A stretch of DNA of 64,000 nucleotides, taken from the NCBI RefSeq assembly GCF_036880985.1, contig NZ_JBAJNO010000008.1, positions 1,859,500 to 1,923,499 on the forward strand, written 5' to 3'. Shown in pieces: positions 28,582 through 37,200 of the stretch. Under the pieces are notes generated by a model, which did not search any database, was not told where the DNA came from, and was given only the letters and a program-made list of their open reading frames with translations. The position numbers and the translations under genes are program-made. How positions within the stretch are numbered: the first letter of the stretch is position 1; each line of letters opens with the position of its first letter. The stretch comes from Limibacter armeniacum. GTDB taxonomy: Bacteria; Bacteroidota; Bacteroidia; Cytophagales; Flammeovirgaceae.

Positions 28582-29409
28582 ATGGCTGAAAAAACGGTTT
28601 ATGGTCTTCCCCGCAAAAAGGAAGAAGTAATTTCTCTGTTACAGGAGGCATATGCATCCAACAATTTGGATGAAGCTGAATATGAAAAACGGCTTTCCAT
28701 GGCATATGAGTCCAAAAGTATTGAGGAGTTGAGAGAGGTCATTTACGATTTCCCTCAAAGGGATCGTTTTTTCCCTTTTCAGGAGCAATATGAACCAAAG
28801 CAGACCACATCTTATAGAGGTGTAAAGAGAAAGGAGGTAAACCTGTTTTCGGCACCGAATACACATTTCTCATTATTGGGTAATCAGTATGTGGATGGGC
28901 AGTCAATGGACGCAGGACCTTTGAATGTGATTACAGTACTTGGCGAGAACAACGTTAATTTGAAGAATGTAGCAGCTGAAAATAAACTGAAAGATGTTTA
29001 TATCTCATGCATTCTTGGAAACACTGTCATTGACCTTAGAAATTACAATTTTCAAGGTAGACTCATTGAGCTGGAATTAAAGTCTCTTATAGGGAATGTA
29101 ACGCTTCTGTTGCCTGAAGGTGTTAGGATTAAAAACAAAATGCTTCACCTAATCGGTAACATCAATCGGAGTGTAATAAAAAAGGGAATGAAATGGTTCA
29201 AGCGTCATCATGGAATGAAACTTCCCGTAAGCGATGAGGAAGCAACTGATAACCACTTTTATTGCGACTTTGAATTAAAGCTTAGAGGTTTTAGCCTGAT
29301 TGGGAATGTAGATATACTATATTTTGTAACAGGAGAGAATGCAGATCAAAATGGTCATGATTTTTTTGAAAATGACCCATTTAACCTACGGGATTTTAGA
29401 CGGAAATGA
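28582..29409 (+). CDS. DUF1707 N-terminal domain plus LiaF-like C-terminal beta-strand repeat domain (cell-envelope stress-associated family)
   Basis: N-terminal LLQEAYASNNLDEAEYEKRLSMAYESKSIEELREVIYDFP has the DUF1707 pattern. C-terminal repeats (VIDLRNYNFQG...LIGNVTLLLPEGVRI...LIGNI) resemble the LiaF C-domain. Confidence 0.5.
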   Translation: MAEKTVYGLPRKKEEVISLLQEAYASNNLDEAEYEKRLSMAYESKSIEELREVIYDFPQRDRFFPFQEQYEPKQTTSYRGVKRKEVNLFSAPNTHFSLLGNQYVDGQSMDAGPLNVITVLGENNVNLKNVAAENKLKDVYISCILGNTVIDLRNYNFQGRLIELELKSLIGNVTLLLPEGVRIKNKMLHLIGNINRSVIKKGMKWFKRHHGMKLPVSDEEATDNHFYCDFELKLRGFSLIGNVDILYFVTGENADQNGHDFFENDPFNLRDFRRK

Positions 29410-29413
29410 TCAT

Positions 29414-29773
29414 ATGGGGATGAATTTAACAGGTAGTTGGATCTACGAAGAAGACTTCGGATATGGAATGTCTCGAGGAGTGGCAGAACTAGTGCAGGTC
29501 GGCAATAAAATATCAGGCTCCATTCAGTTAAGAGAAGAAGTTGATGGGGAAGATCCTTTTACCGTTGTACAACAAATAGAAGGCTCTATACAAGATGATA
29601 GGGTAGTGATGGTTGGCGTCTCATATGAAGTAAAAGGTCAGCCTGAAAACTTTGAGTACTGTTTGGATAGCTGGGATGGTCAGTTAACGAATAAAGACCT
29701 GATTGTAGGGGAATCAGAGGATAGTGATGGTCTGATTGGAATATTTGTTTTTAAAAGACAAAAGCCAAAGTAA
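29414..29773 (+). CDS. Hypothetical protein. The ORF track starts it at 29339, overlapping the upstream gene; the ATG at 29414, 5 nt after the upstream stop, is the likely start.
   Basis: 119-aa ORF MGMNLTGSWIYEED... in the same frame as the 29339 ORF. The tight spacing suggests translational coupling. Confidence 0.3.
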   Translation: MGMNLTGSWIYEEDFGYGMSRGVAELVQVGNKISGSIQLREEVDGEDPFTVVQQIEGSIQDDRVVMVGVSYEVKGQPENFEYCLDSWDGQLTNKDLIVGESEDSDGLIGIFVFKRQKPK

Positions 29774-29932
29774 AATACTATCGTTTAGGTGATTACTGTA
29801 AATAATTGACTAAAGTCAATGAAAAAGTGAAACTTTAATTATTTTAACATCGTATTAAATATTATATCTCATTTAATTGTTGAGAATTATACAAACTGAA
29901 ACCAATTTTCGAAATACTAACATGCATATACT

Positions 29933-30553
29933 ATGGACTTTTTAATTGCAGCCCTTCAGCCTATAAATTTACCATATACCATCTTGATGGCGGTTGTTGC
30001 GCTATATTGGCTTAGTGTAATCATTGGCGTATTAGACTTTGATACCTTTGATATTGACCTAGATGCAGATGCAGATATTGAGGTGGATGGCGAAATAGGA
30101 GCGATGGCTCAAGTATTGCATTATTTCAATATCGGAGAATTGCCATTGATGATAATCTTCAGTTTTTGGTTCCTTTTTATGTGGGTAGGTTCAGTATTGA
30201 CAAATCACTATTTAGGAAATGATTCATGGTTAATAGCTGGAGCTATTTTGATTCCTAATGCCTTTGTTTCACTTATGCTTACCAAGTATGCAACAAAGCC
30301 ATTTCAGAAGGCTTTTTCACACTTGACAAAGGAAGAGGATACATCAGTAATTGGTAAAGAATGTAAATTGATTATACCTGCATCTTTAGATAAAAAAGGA
30401 CAGGCAGAAGTATATACATCAGGCTATCACCAAAGAGTATATGTGAAACCCTTGGATGACAAGAAATTGCAGAAAGGTGATACCGCTTTAATTATTGAAT
30501 TTGACGAGCAGCAGAAATGCTATCTGATAGAACCTTTAGCTACTTTAAACTAA
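29933..30553 (+). CDS. NfeD/YqiJ-like membrane protein (OB-fold partner of SPFH/flotillin proteins)
   Basis: Membrane N-terminal part with an acidic linker (DFDTFDIDLDADADIEVDGEIG), further TM helices and a C-terminal soluble beta-rich domain. It is encoded just upstream of a flotillin gene, as in yqiJ-yqiK and yuaF-floT. Confidence 0.55.
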   Translation: MDFLIAALQPINLPYTILMAVVALYWLSVIIGVLDFDTFDIDLDADADIEVDGEIGAMAQVLHYFNIGELPLMIIFSFWFLFMWVGSVLTNHYLGNDSWLIAGAILIPNAFVSLMLTKYATKPFQKAFSHLTKEEDTSVIGKECKLIIPASLDKKGQAEVYTSGYHQRVYVKPLDDKKLQKGDTALIIEFDEQQKCYLIEPLATLN

Positions 30554-30572
30554 CATTGATGACAGAAAGAAA

Positions 30573-30812
30573 ATGAAAGACCTTGTTTATATTACCAAAA
30601 GAATAAAATTAGAATTTGATAAAAATGACATTGCGATATCAAAAGTAGATATCGATGAAATGACAAAAGAGCTAGACGATGCTACTCGCTTAATCTTTAG
30701 GGAAAATGCAACGGTGAATGTTGAAGGTGGATATATTTATATTTCAATTCCTTATGAGGTGGCGGCAGATCTGAGTAGACTGAAAGACTTTTTCAAATTC
30801 GGAGCTAAATAA
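30573..30812 (+). CDS. Small hypothetical protein within the NfeD-flotillin operon
   Basis: 79-aa ORF, 20 nt after the NfeD stop and co-directional. Confidence 0.35.
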   Translation: MKDLVYITKRIKLEFDKNDIAISKVDIDEMTKELDDATRLIFRENATVNVEGGYIYISIPYEVAADLSRLKDFFKFGAK

Positions 30813-30919
30813 ATTTGTGACCGTTTTTTTAAATCACCATCAGTTAATACTGATACTTTTTTAAGAACACACTTTAACACTATAAGGATAAATCAATCTA
30901 AATCTTAAAATCAATTCTT

Positions 30920-33082
30920 ATGATCATTGAAGCAACAGCGATGATAGTGGGGGGTATTGCCCTCGTTTTGCTAGGCTTTTTGGCTATGATTGCCAAGTTC
31001 TACAAGAAGGTGCCGCAAGGTAAGGCTATTGTCAGAACAGGTATGGGTGGACTGAAAGTCTCATTCCAAGGAATTTTTGTAATTCCTGTTATTCACAAGT
31101 GTGAGATCATGGATATCTCACTGAAAAACATCGACATCAGTCGTGAAGGTAAGCAAGGGTTGATCTGTAAGGACAACATGCGTGCTGATATTCGTGTAGC
31201 CTTCTTCGTTAGGGTTAATAACGATCAAAAAGATGTGGCTGCAGTAGCACAAACGATTGGTTGTGAGCGTGCCTCTGAAATAGATCAGCTTAGAACACTG
31301 TTTGAAGCAAAGTTCTCAGAAGCTTTGAAGACAGCTGGTAAGCGTTTCGACTTTGTAGACCTTTACAGTGCAAGGGTAGAGTTCAAGCAAGAGGTGATTG
31401 ACATTATTGGTACTGACCTGAATGGTTATGTATTGGATGACTGTGCCATTGACTACTTGGAGCAAACAGACGTTGAGGAGCTTGATCCTGATAATATCTT
31501 GGATGCGGAAGGTATCAAGAAAATCACCGAGCTGACTGCTACTCAAAAAGTACAGGCAAACTTGGTGAAAAATGATGAAACCAAGCGTATCAAGAAACAG
31601 GACGTAGAAGGCCGTGAGGCTGTACTTGCTCTGGAAAGACAGCAGATTGAAGCAGAAGAAAAGCAGAAGCGTGAAATTGCAGAAGTAAGAGCACGTGAAG
31701 AGGCCTCTGCTGAGAAAATCAGACAAGAAGAAAGACTGAAGTCTGAGCAAGCGAAGATTCAGGTTGAAGAAGAGCTTGGTATTGCTGAAGAGAATAAGCG
31801 TCGCCAAGTATTGGTAGCGGAGAAAAGCAAGGAGAGAACGGAAGCGCTGGAAAACGAAAGAATCCACAAGGAACGTTCTTTGGCAGAAAACGAGCGTGAG
31901 CGCGTTGTAGAAATTGCTAGAATTGAGAAGGAAAGAGCAGTTGAGGAAGAGCGCAAGAACATTCAGGATGTAATCCGTGAGCGTGTATCAGTACAGAAAG
32001 CTGTAGTGATGGAAGAGGAGAAAATCAAGGATACACAGGCATTTGCTGAAGCTGAGCGTAAGAAAGCAGTTGCTATCAAGGAGGCGGAGCAGAAAGCTGA
32101 AGAGGCATTGGTAATGGAGCTGAAATCTGCTGAAGCAGCAAAAGAAGCAGCCAAGATGCAAGCGGAGAAACAACGTACCGAAGCTGCTGCTGAGTTTGAA
32201 ACAGCTAGCCAGAAAGCAGAGGCCTTGAAAATCATGGCTGAAGCGAAGTCTGCTGAAATTGCAGCACAAGGTATGGCTGAAGCACAAGTAACGGAAGCTA
32301 GAGCCTTGGCTAGAGAGAAAGAAGCATTTGCGGAGGCAAGAGCCATTGAGGCGGCTTCAGAAGCAGAAGCAAAAGGTATTGCGGCTAAATCTGAAGCACA
32401 GGCAGAAGGCAACAAGCTTCTGGGTGAAGCGGAAGCGGATGTGCTGAAGAAGAAAATGATCGCCGAAGCGGAAGGTATGGAAGTGAAAGCCAATGCCATC
32501 GAGATGGAAGGCAAGGCTGAAGCAGCTGTGCTGAAAGAGAAAGCCATGGTAGAGGCGCAGCGTATAGAGGCGGAAGCTGAGGCAATGAAGCACTTGGACG
32601 ACGAGACAAGAGCGCTGGAGCAGTTCAAGCTGAAGCTGAATATGGAAAAAGAAGTGGCGCTTGCAAGACTGGAAGTGCAGCGTGAAATGGCAAAAGCACA
32701 GGCTTCTGTGTTAGCTGAGGTTATGAAGTCTGCCAACATTGATATCGTAGGTGGTGAAGCGGCATTTATTGACCGTATCATGAACTCGATCACAATGGGT
32801 AAAAGTGTTGACCACTTCCTGAACAACAGTGAAACCCTGACTGAAGTGAAAGATAACCTGCTTTCAGGAGAGAACGGTAACCTGATTGAAAAAGTAAAGG
32901 GTTTTGTTCAGCAGTTCGGCCTGACTACTGAAGACATCAAAAACCTGAGCATAGCTTCCCTGTTGCACAAGCTGCAAGGTATGGCAGAGACTGCACAGCA
33001 AAAACAAACGCTGGAATCTGCGCATGAAAAAGCTAAAGCTATGGGACTGTCAGAAATGCTGATTTCCAACTGGATTAGATAG
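30920..33082 (+). CDS. Flotillin-family SPFH (band 7) protein with a long Ala/Glu/Lys-rich coiled-coil (EA-repeat) region; FloT/YqiK-like
   Basis: N-terminal TM hairpin, SPFH core (YKKVPQGKAIVRTGMGG...FVIPVIHKCEIMDISL...RADIRVAFFVRV), then ~450 aa of A/E/K/R coiled coil typical of flotillins. Confidence 0.85.
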   Translation: MIIEATAMIVGGIALVLLGFLAMIAKFYKKVPQGKAIVRTGMGGLKVSFQGIFVIPVIHKCEIMDISLKNIDISREGKQGLICKDNMRADIRVAFFVRVNNDQKDVAAVAQTIGCERASEIDQLRTLFEAKFSEALKTAGKRFDFVDLYSARVEFKQEVIDIIGTDLNGYVLDDCAIDYLEQTDVEELDPDNILDAEGIKKITELTATQKVQANLVKNDETKRIKKQDVEGREAVLALERQQIEAEEKQKREIAEVRAREEASAEKIRQEERLKSEQAKIQVEEELGIAEENKRRQVLVAEKSKERTEALENERIHKERSLAENERERVVEIARIEKERAVEEERKNIQDVIRERVSVQKAVVMEEEKIKDTQAFAEAERKKAVAIKEAEQKAEEALVMELKSAEAAKEAAKMQAEKQRTEAAAEFETASQKAEALKIMAEAKSAEIAAQGMAEAQVTEARALAREKEAFAEARAIEAASEAEAKGIAAKSEAQAEGNKLLGEAEADVLKKKMIAEAEGMEVKANAIEMEGKAEAAVLKEKAMVEAQRIEAEAEAMKHLDDETRALEQFKLKLNMEKEVALARLEVQREMAKAQASVLAEVMKSANIDIVGGEAAFIDRIMNSITMGKSVDHFLNNSETLTEVKDNLLSGENGNLIEKVKGFVQQFGLTTEDIKNLSIASLLHKLQGMAETAQQKQTLESAHEKAKAMGLSEMLISNWIR

Positions 33083-33094
33083 TAAAACAAAAAT

Positions 33095-33163
33095 GACTTC
33101 GGTGACTGAGCGAAGCCGAAGTCTTATTTCACCGCAGGTTGACCTGCCTGCGGTGATTTTTTT
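33095..33163 (+). terminator. Tandem stem-loops ending the flotillin operon; the second is a canonical rho-independent terminator
   Basis: GACTTCGG-...-CCGAAGTC, then CACCGCAGG-ttgacctg-CCTGCGGTG followed by ATTTTTTTAAC. Confidence 0.7.
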
Positions 33164-33192
33164 AACAAAATCTCAATCAAATAACCCTACCT

Positions 33193-33609
33193 ATGGAATC
33201 AATCTTACAACTTAAAAAAGGTGAAATCCATTTGAATGAAGAGGAAGTGGTGATTTTGGATAATGCCAAAAAGCTTAGAATCATGTCTTTGGTTAATTCT
33301 GTTTTGTTCATCATAATGTCTGTCTTGTTTTACCTAAAAGAACTGAAGGGAGAATCATATATGGTTTGGTTATGGGGAGTCATTGGTCTTGCCCATATTG
33401 GGATATTAGTGAACAAAATCTTTTTCATGACAACGGACAGTGTGTTATTCTTGAATGAGATTAATGCAGTGAAAAGACATCCAATAAGAGACGAAATACT
33501 CTATGTGTTCACTAAAGGCAGTCGAAAAAAAAGATGCATAAATGCAGAGCCTTCTATGATCGAAAACCTGAAAAACTACTTTAAGGAGAAAGGGATAAGC
33601 GTAAAATAA
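33193..33609 (+). CDS. Hypothetical two-TM membrane protein
   Basis: 138-aa ORF with two hydrophobic helices (IMSLVNSVLFIIMSVLFYL, VWLWGVIGLAHIGILV). Confidence 0.45.
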   Translation: MESILQLKKGEIHLNEEEVVILDNAKKLRIMSLVNSVLFIIMSVLFYLKELKGESYMVWLWGVIGLAHIGILVNKIFFMTTDSVLFLNEINAVKRHPIRDEILYVFTKGSRKKRCINAEPSMIENLKNYFKEKGISVK

Positions 33610-33620
33610 CCTAAAAGATA

Positions 33621-34040
33621 TGTACACCATACTACCCGTAAATCATGGAGAAATCCACTTGAATGAAGAGGAAGTGGTGATTTTGGATAATGCCAAAAGA
33701 TTAAAAACAATATCGCTCATAGGGTCTGCTATCTGGATCTTATTTTAAATTGGACTCTTGTTAAAAGGAGTGGAGACTTTTACAGAATATTCAACTTTCG
33801 TTGTCTGTACAAGCCCATTGCATGTAATGATGTTGACCTATAATCTTCTATTTGTGAGAAATGACAATGTATTGTTTTTGAGTGATATCAAAGAAGTGCG
33901 TAAACATCGGTTTAAATGAAAATTCATTGAGTGTCTTATTCAAGGCAAGCAGGAAGAGACGAAGGGTTAATGCAAATAAAGAAGAAGTGAATAAGTTAAA
34001 AGAATACTTTCAGCATAAAGGAACTAAGGTGAACTAATAG
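33621..34040 (+). pseudogene. Decayed tandem paralogue of the 33193-33609 gene, with multiple frameshifts and stops
   Basis: Bases 33650-33698 are near-identical to 33224-33272 (GAAATCCA(t/c)TTGAATGAAGAGGAAGTGGTGATTTTGGATAATGCCAAAA). Homologous peptide pieces are recovered only by switching frame three times (...ISLIGSAIWILF*, ...NDNVLFLSDIKEVRKHRFK*, ...NANKEEVNKLKEYFQHKGTKVN*). Confidence 0.55.
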
Positions 34041-34099
34041 CTTGATTACCTTAAACCAAGAATATCAAAAATCTAAATTCTAGTTGTATTGGTCAGTAA

Positions 34100-34210
34100 A
34101 CTTGTAGGATCACGCCTGCGGCGTGTTCTCACGAACCACAGGCACATGTTATGTGGTGTTTCGCAAGATCAGGGCGTAGCCGCGGACGGCTAGTTCTAAC
34201 CCTACATGTC
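34100..34210 (+). ncRNA. GC-rich multi-hairpin element, a candidate structured RNA (cis-regulatory leader or small RNA); no confident family assignment
   Basis: Closing pairing TGTAGG...CCTACA encloses three hairpins: CACGCC-tgc-GGCGTG, ACCACA-ggcacatgtta-TGTGGT and TAGCCG-cgga-CGGCTA. It is about 55% GC in an AT-rich intergenic region, directly upstream of the 1644-aa gene. Confidence 0.3.
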
Positions 34211-34256
34211 TGTTAACTATTACATCTAGTATCTAGCTTCTAAAAATAAATTACCT

Positions 34257-37200
34257 ATGTCAACAATAGATACGGCGGAAGAAACCAAAAAAGAAACACA
34301 ACTGGACAGCGGAACCTATGAGATTCTTCGCAAGCGATTAGGGTCGCAGGCAGAAGAGCTACAGTCCCGACTGAATAAGCTGAACAGCGCAAGAAAGGAG
34401 ATTTTCGGAGCCTTGGATGCACGTTTGCTGGCAACCGACCGTATCTCGACAGACAATAACTGCGTGCCGAGGGATATGGTACCTGTACTGGAAAACCTCT
34501 TTATCTTCGGTTACAACGTTCATATTGGACTTAAGAAGGAAGCTGCACTGAGTGATGTTTTCAGTGTTTACGCTTACAATAGCACAGATCATTCCTTTCA
34601 TCCTAAAGATTTGAATATCCTTCATGATAAGACATTTGAGAAGGAGTTCAAGGAATTGTATCAGTATTACCGTGATACAGTTTTTGTAAAGTTTTTTGTA
34701 AAGGACAATTTCCTGTACATGATCTTCCGTGTCGGCAAGAATGTAACCGACATCAAAGCCTTCAAATGGCTGATTGAAGAGAATGGGCTGAAATATATAG
34801 ATAATAGAAGTGACCATGAGGTACAGTATCCACGTCAGCATGAGTTTGAGTGGAAGCGTGCTTCAAGAGATGATCACCGCACAGGAGAACACCCGCATGT
34901 GTCCATTATGGATAGGGTATTTGTGGAAACGGTAGGTGGTGACCTGACTATTAAGATTGAGGATAATACTTCAACGGGAGAGGGAATCTATGCGGAAGAG
35001 GTGGAAATTGCTGATCAGACACTGGACGATGCAGAAATCTATTATGCTGATCTGGGTAATCTGATTCTTCTGAAAATGAGACCATTTCAGGAGAAAAAAT
35101 GGCGCTTTATCGTATTCAACGACAAGATAAAGGAAGCTCGCCGAATTGATGCCATTGAAGATTCATGCGTGTTGCTGCCTGATGATCAGGGCATCATTGT
35201 GTCCAATGGTTATTACCTTCAGACGGGTGAGTACAAGCATTTTGATAGCGAGCTTACTGGGTTAAAATTTGAACGTCGTATCCACTCTCCAAATGGGGAG
35301 GACACAATGTATGTGTTCTATCAGCGAGAGCTGGGCGAATATATTCTGCTTTCCTACAATGTGATCGAGAAGCAGGTGGAAAGCCCGATTGCCTGTCATG
35401 GTTATTCCTTCTTCAAAAGTGGTGAACTGGTTTACTTCAAGACTGATGATGAACCGAAGAAGATTCACGGCTTGCAGGTTTGGCAAACACCGTATGTGCA
35501 CCCTGATTTTGTGCAGGCACCTGCACATGCTGATTCCTTCCTGTATAAGGTGGGGAACAAGGACATTGTAAGGGCAATGTCAGATTGTTATGCAGTACTG
35601 AATCTTTGCCGAAAGGAAGATTCTTACGAAGGTTTGTATGCAGATTTGTCAAGGTCTGCGATGGCGGTAACGGACAATTACTACTGGGTAGGTAATGAGG
35701 AAGCATTTGAGCTTTCGGACACACTTAGTGAAATTCGCTTGACAGCTTCTACGGCAATCGAAGAGTTTGAGAAAGTGGCAAGACAGCGTAAGCATGCTGC
35801 CGAACAAACCAAGCTGATTTCAGAGAAAGCAGATGAGCTGCTGAAAGAAGTCGATCGTCGTATCTTCCAGCATGTGGACGAGTTTGTCCGTTTCCTAGCC
35901 GAACTGAGAACGGTAAGGGGAGAAGTGATTTCCCTGAAAGAAGTACGCTATGTGGACCTTTCACTGGTTGATCACTATGAAACGGCATTGGCTGAGAAAT
36001 CCGATAAGCTTTCTGCCAAGTGTGTAGAGTTCCTGCTTCGTGATGACGCCTTGCTACCTTATGTAGAAAAGGTGGAAGCTGTACAGGAAGAAGCAGAAGC
36101 AGTGGAGAAAGTGACGGTAGCCGATGAAGTGGCGGAAGGAATTGCCAAAATTGGCAGTGAGCTGGAGTTACTGATCGATATCGTCTCCAATCTGAAAATT
36201 GAGGATGCGACCCAGACAACACAAATTATTGACCTGATCTCTGATATTTATGCAAGGCTGAACAATGTGAAAGCCAAGCTAAAGGCAAGGAGAAAAGAAC
36301 TGTTGGGAGCGGAAGCCATTGCGGAGTTCAATGCACAGTTGAAACTGATCAATCAGGCAGTTGTCAACTATCTGGATGTTTCAGATACACCACAGAAATG
36401 TGAGGAATACCTGACTAAGCTGATGGTTCAGATGGAAGAGCTGGAAGGCAAGTTCTCGGACTTTGATGAGTTCTTGGGCGAACTGACAGCCAAGCGTGAT
36501 GAAATCTATTCTGCATTTGAAACCCGCAAGACGCAACTTCAGGAGGAGCGAAACAAGCGTGCCATGTCGGTTCAGTCGGCAGCGGAGCGTATCCTGAAAG
36601 GAATCCGCAACAAGCTGAAATCCATCAAGGAGATCAACGAGATCAATTCCTACTTTGCTTCTGACCTAATGGTGGACAAGGTGCGTGACATGATCAAGAA
36701 GCTCCATGAGATTGAGGATGCGCCTAAGGCAGAAGACCTGCAAAGTCAGCTCAAGACCCTGAAGGAAGATGCTGTACGTCAGTTAAAAGACCGTCAGGAT
36801 CTGTTTGTAGGAGGTGACAATGTCATCAAGATGGGACGTCACCATTTTGCGGTCAATACACAGGAATTGGATGCTTCATTGGTATTGAAGGATGATGGAT
36901 TCTTTTACCATTTGGCAGGAACTCAGTTCTATGAGAAAGTGATCAATGAGCAACTGGAGCAAACCCGTGAGGTGTGGCAACAGTCTGTGATTTCAGAAAA
37001 TAAAACGGTTTACCGTGGCGAGTATTTGGCTTATCAGCTATTCAGGGCAATTGAAAACGGTGCTGCCAATACTACATTTAATGAGTTTCAGGAAAAGGAT
37101 GATACTGAAAGGCTCGAAGTGGTACAAGCATTTATGGCATCCCGTTACCATGAAGGTTATACCAAAGGGGTGCACGACAAGGATGCCTTGCTGATACTGG

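Noticed and set aside
31316-32826. Several long minus-strand ORFs (183, 287, 99, 78, 74 aa), Ala/Ser/Leu/Phe-rich, antisense to the flotillin gene
   Set aside because: They lie entirely inside the flotillin coding sequence. They are low-complexity and are the expected antisense reading of a GC-rich Ala/Glu/Lys coiled-coil region, with no independent start context or domain.
35437-36222. Pro/Leu-rich antisense ORFs (95 and 157 aa) inside the giant ATPase gene
   Set aside because: Antisense to a continuous 4.9-kb ORF, low complexity, and no motifs.
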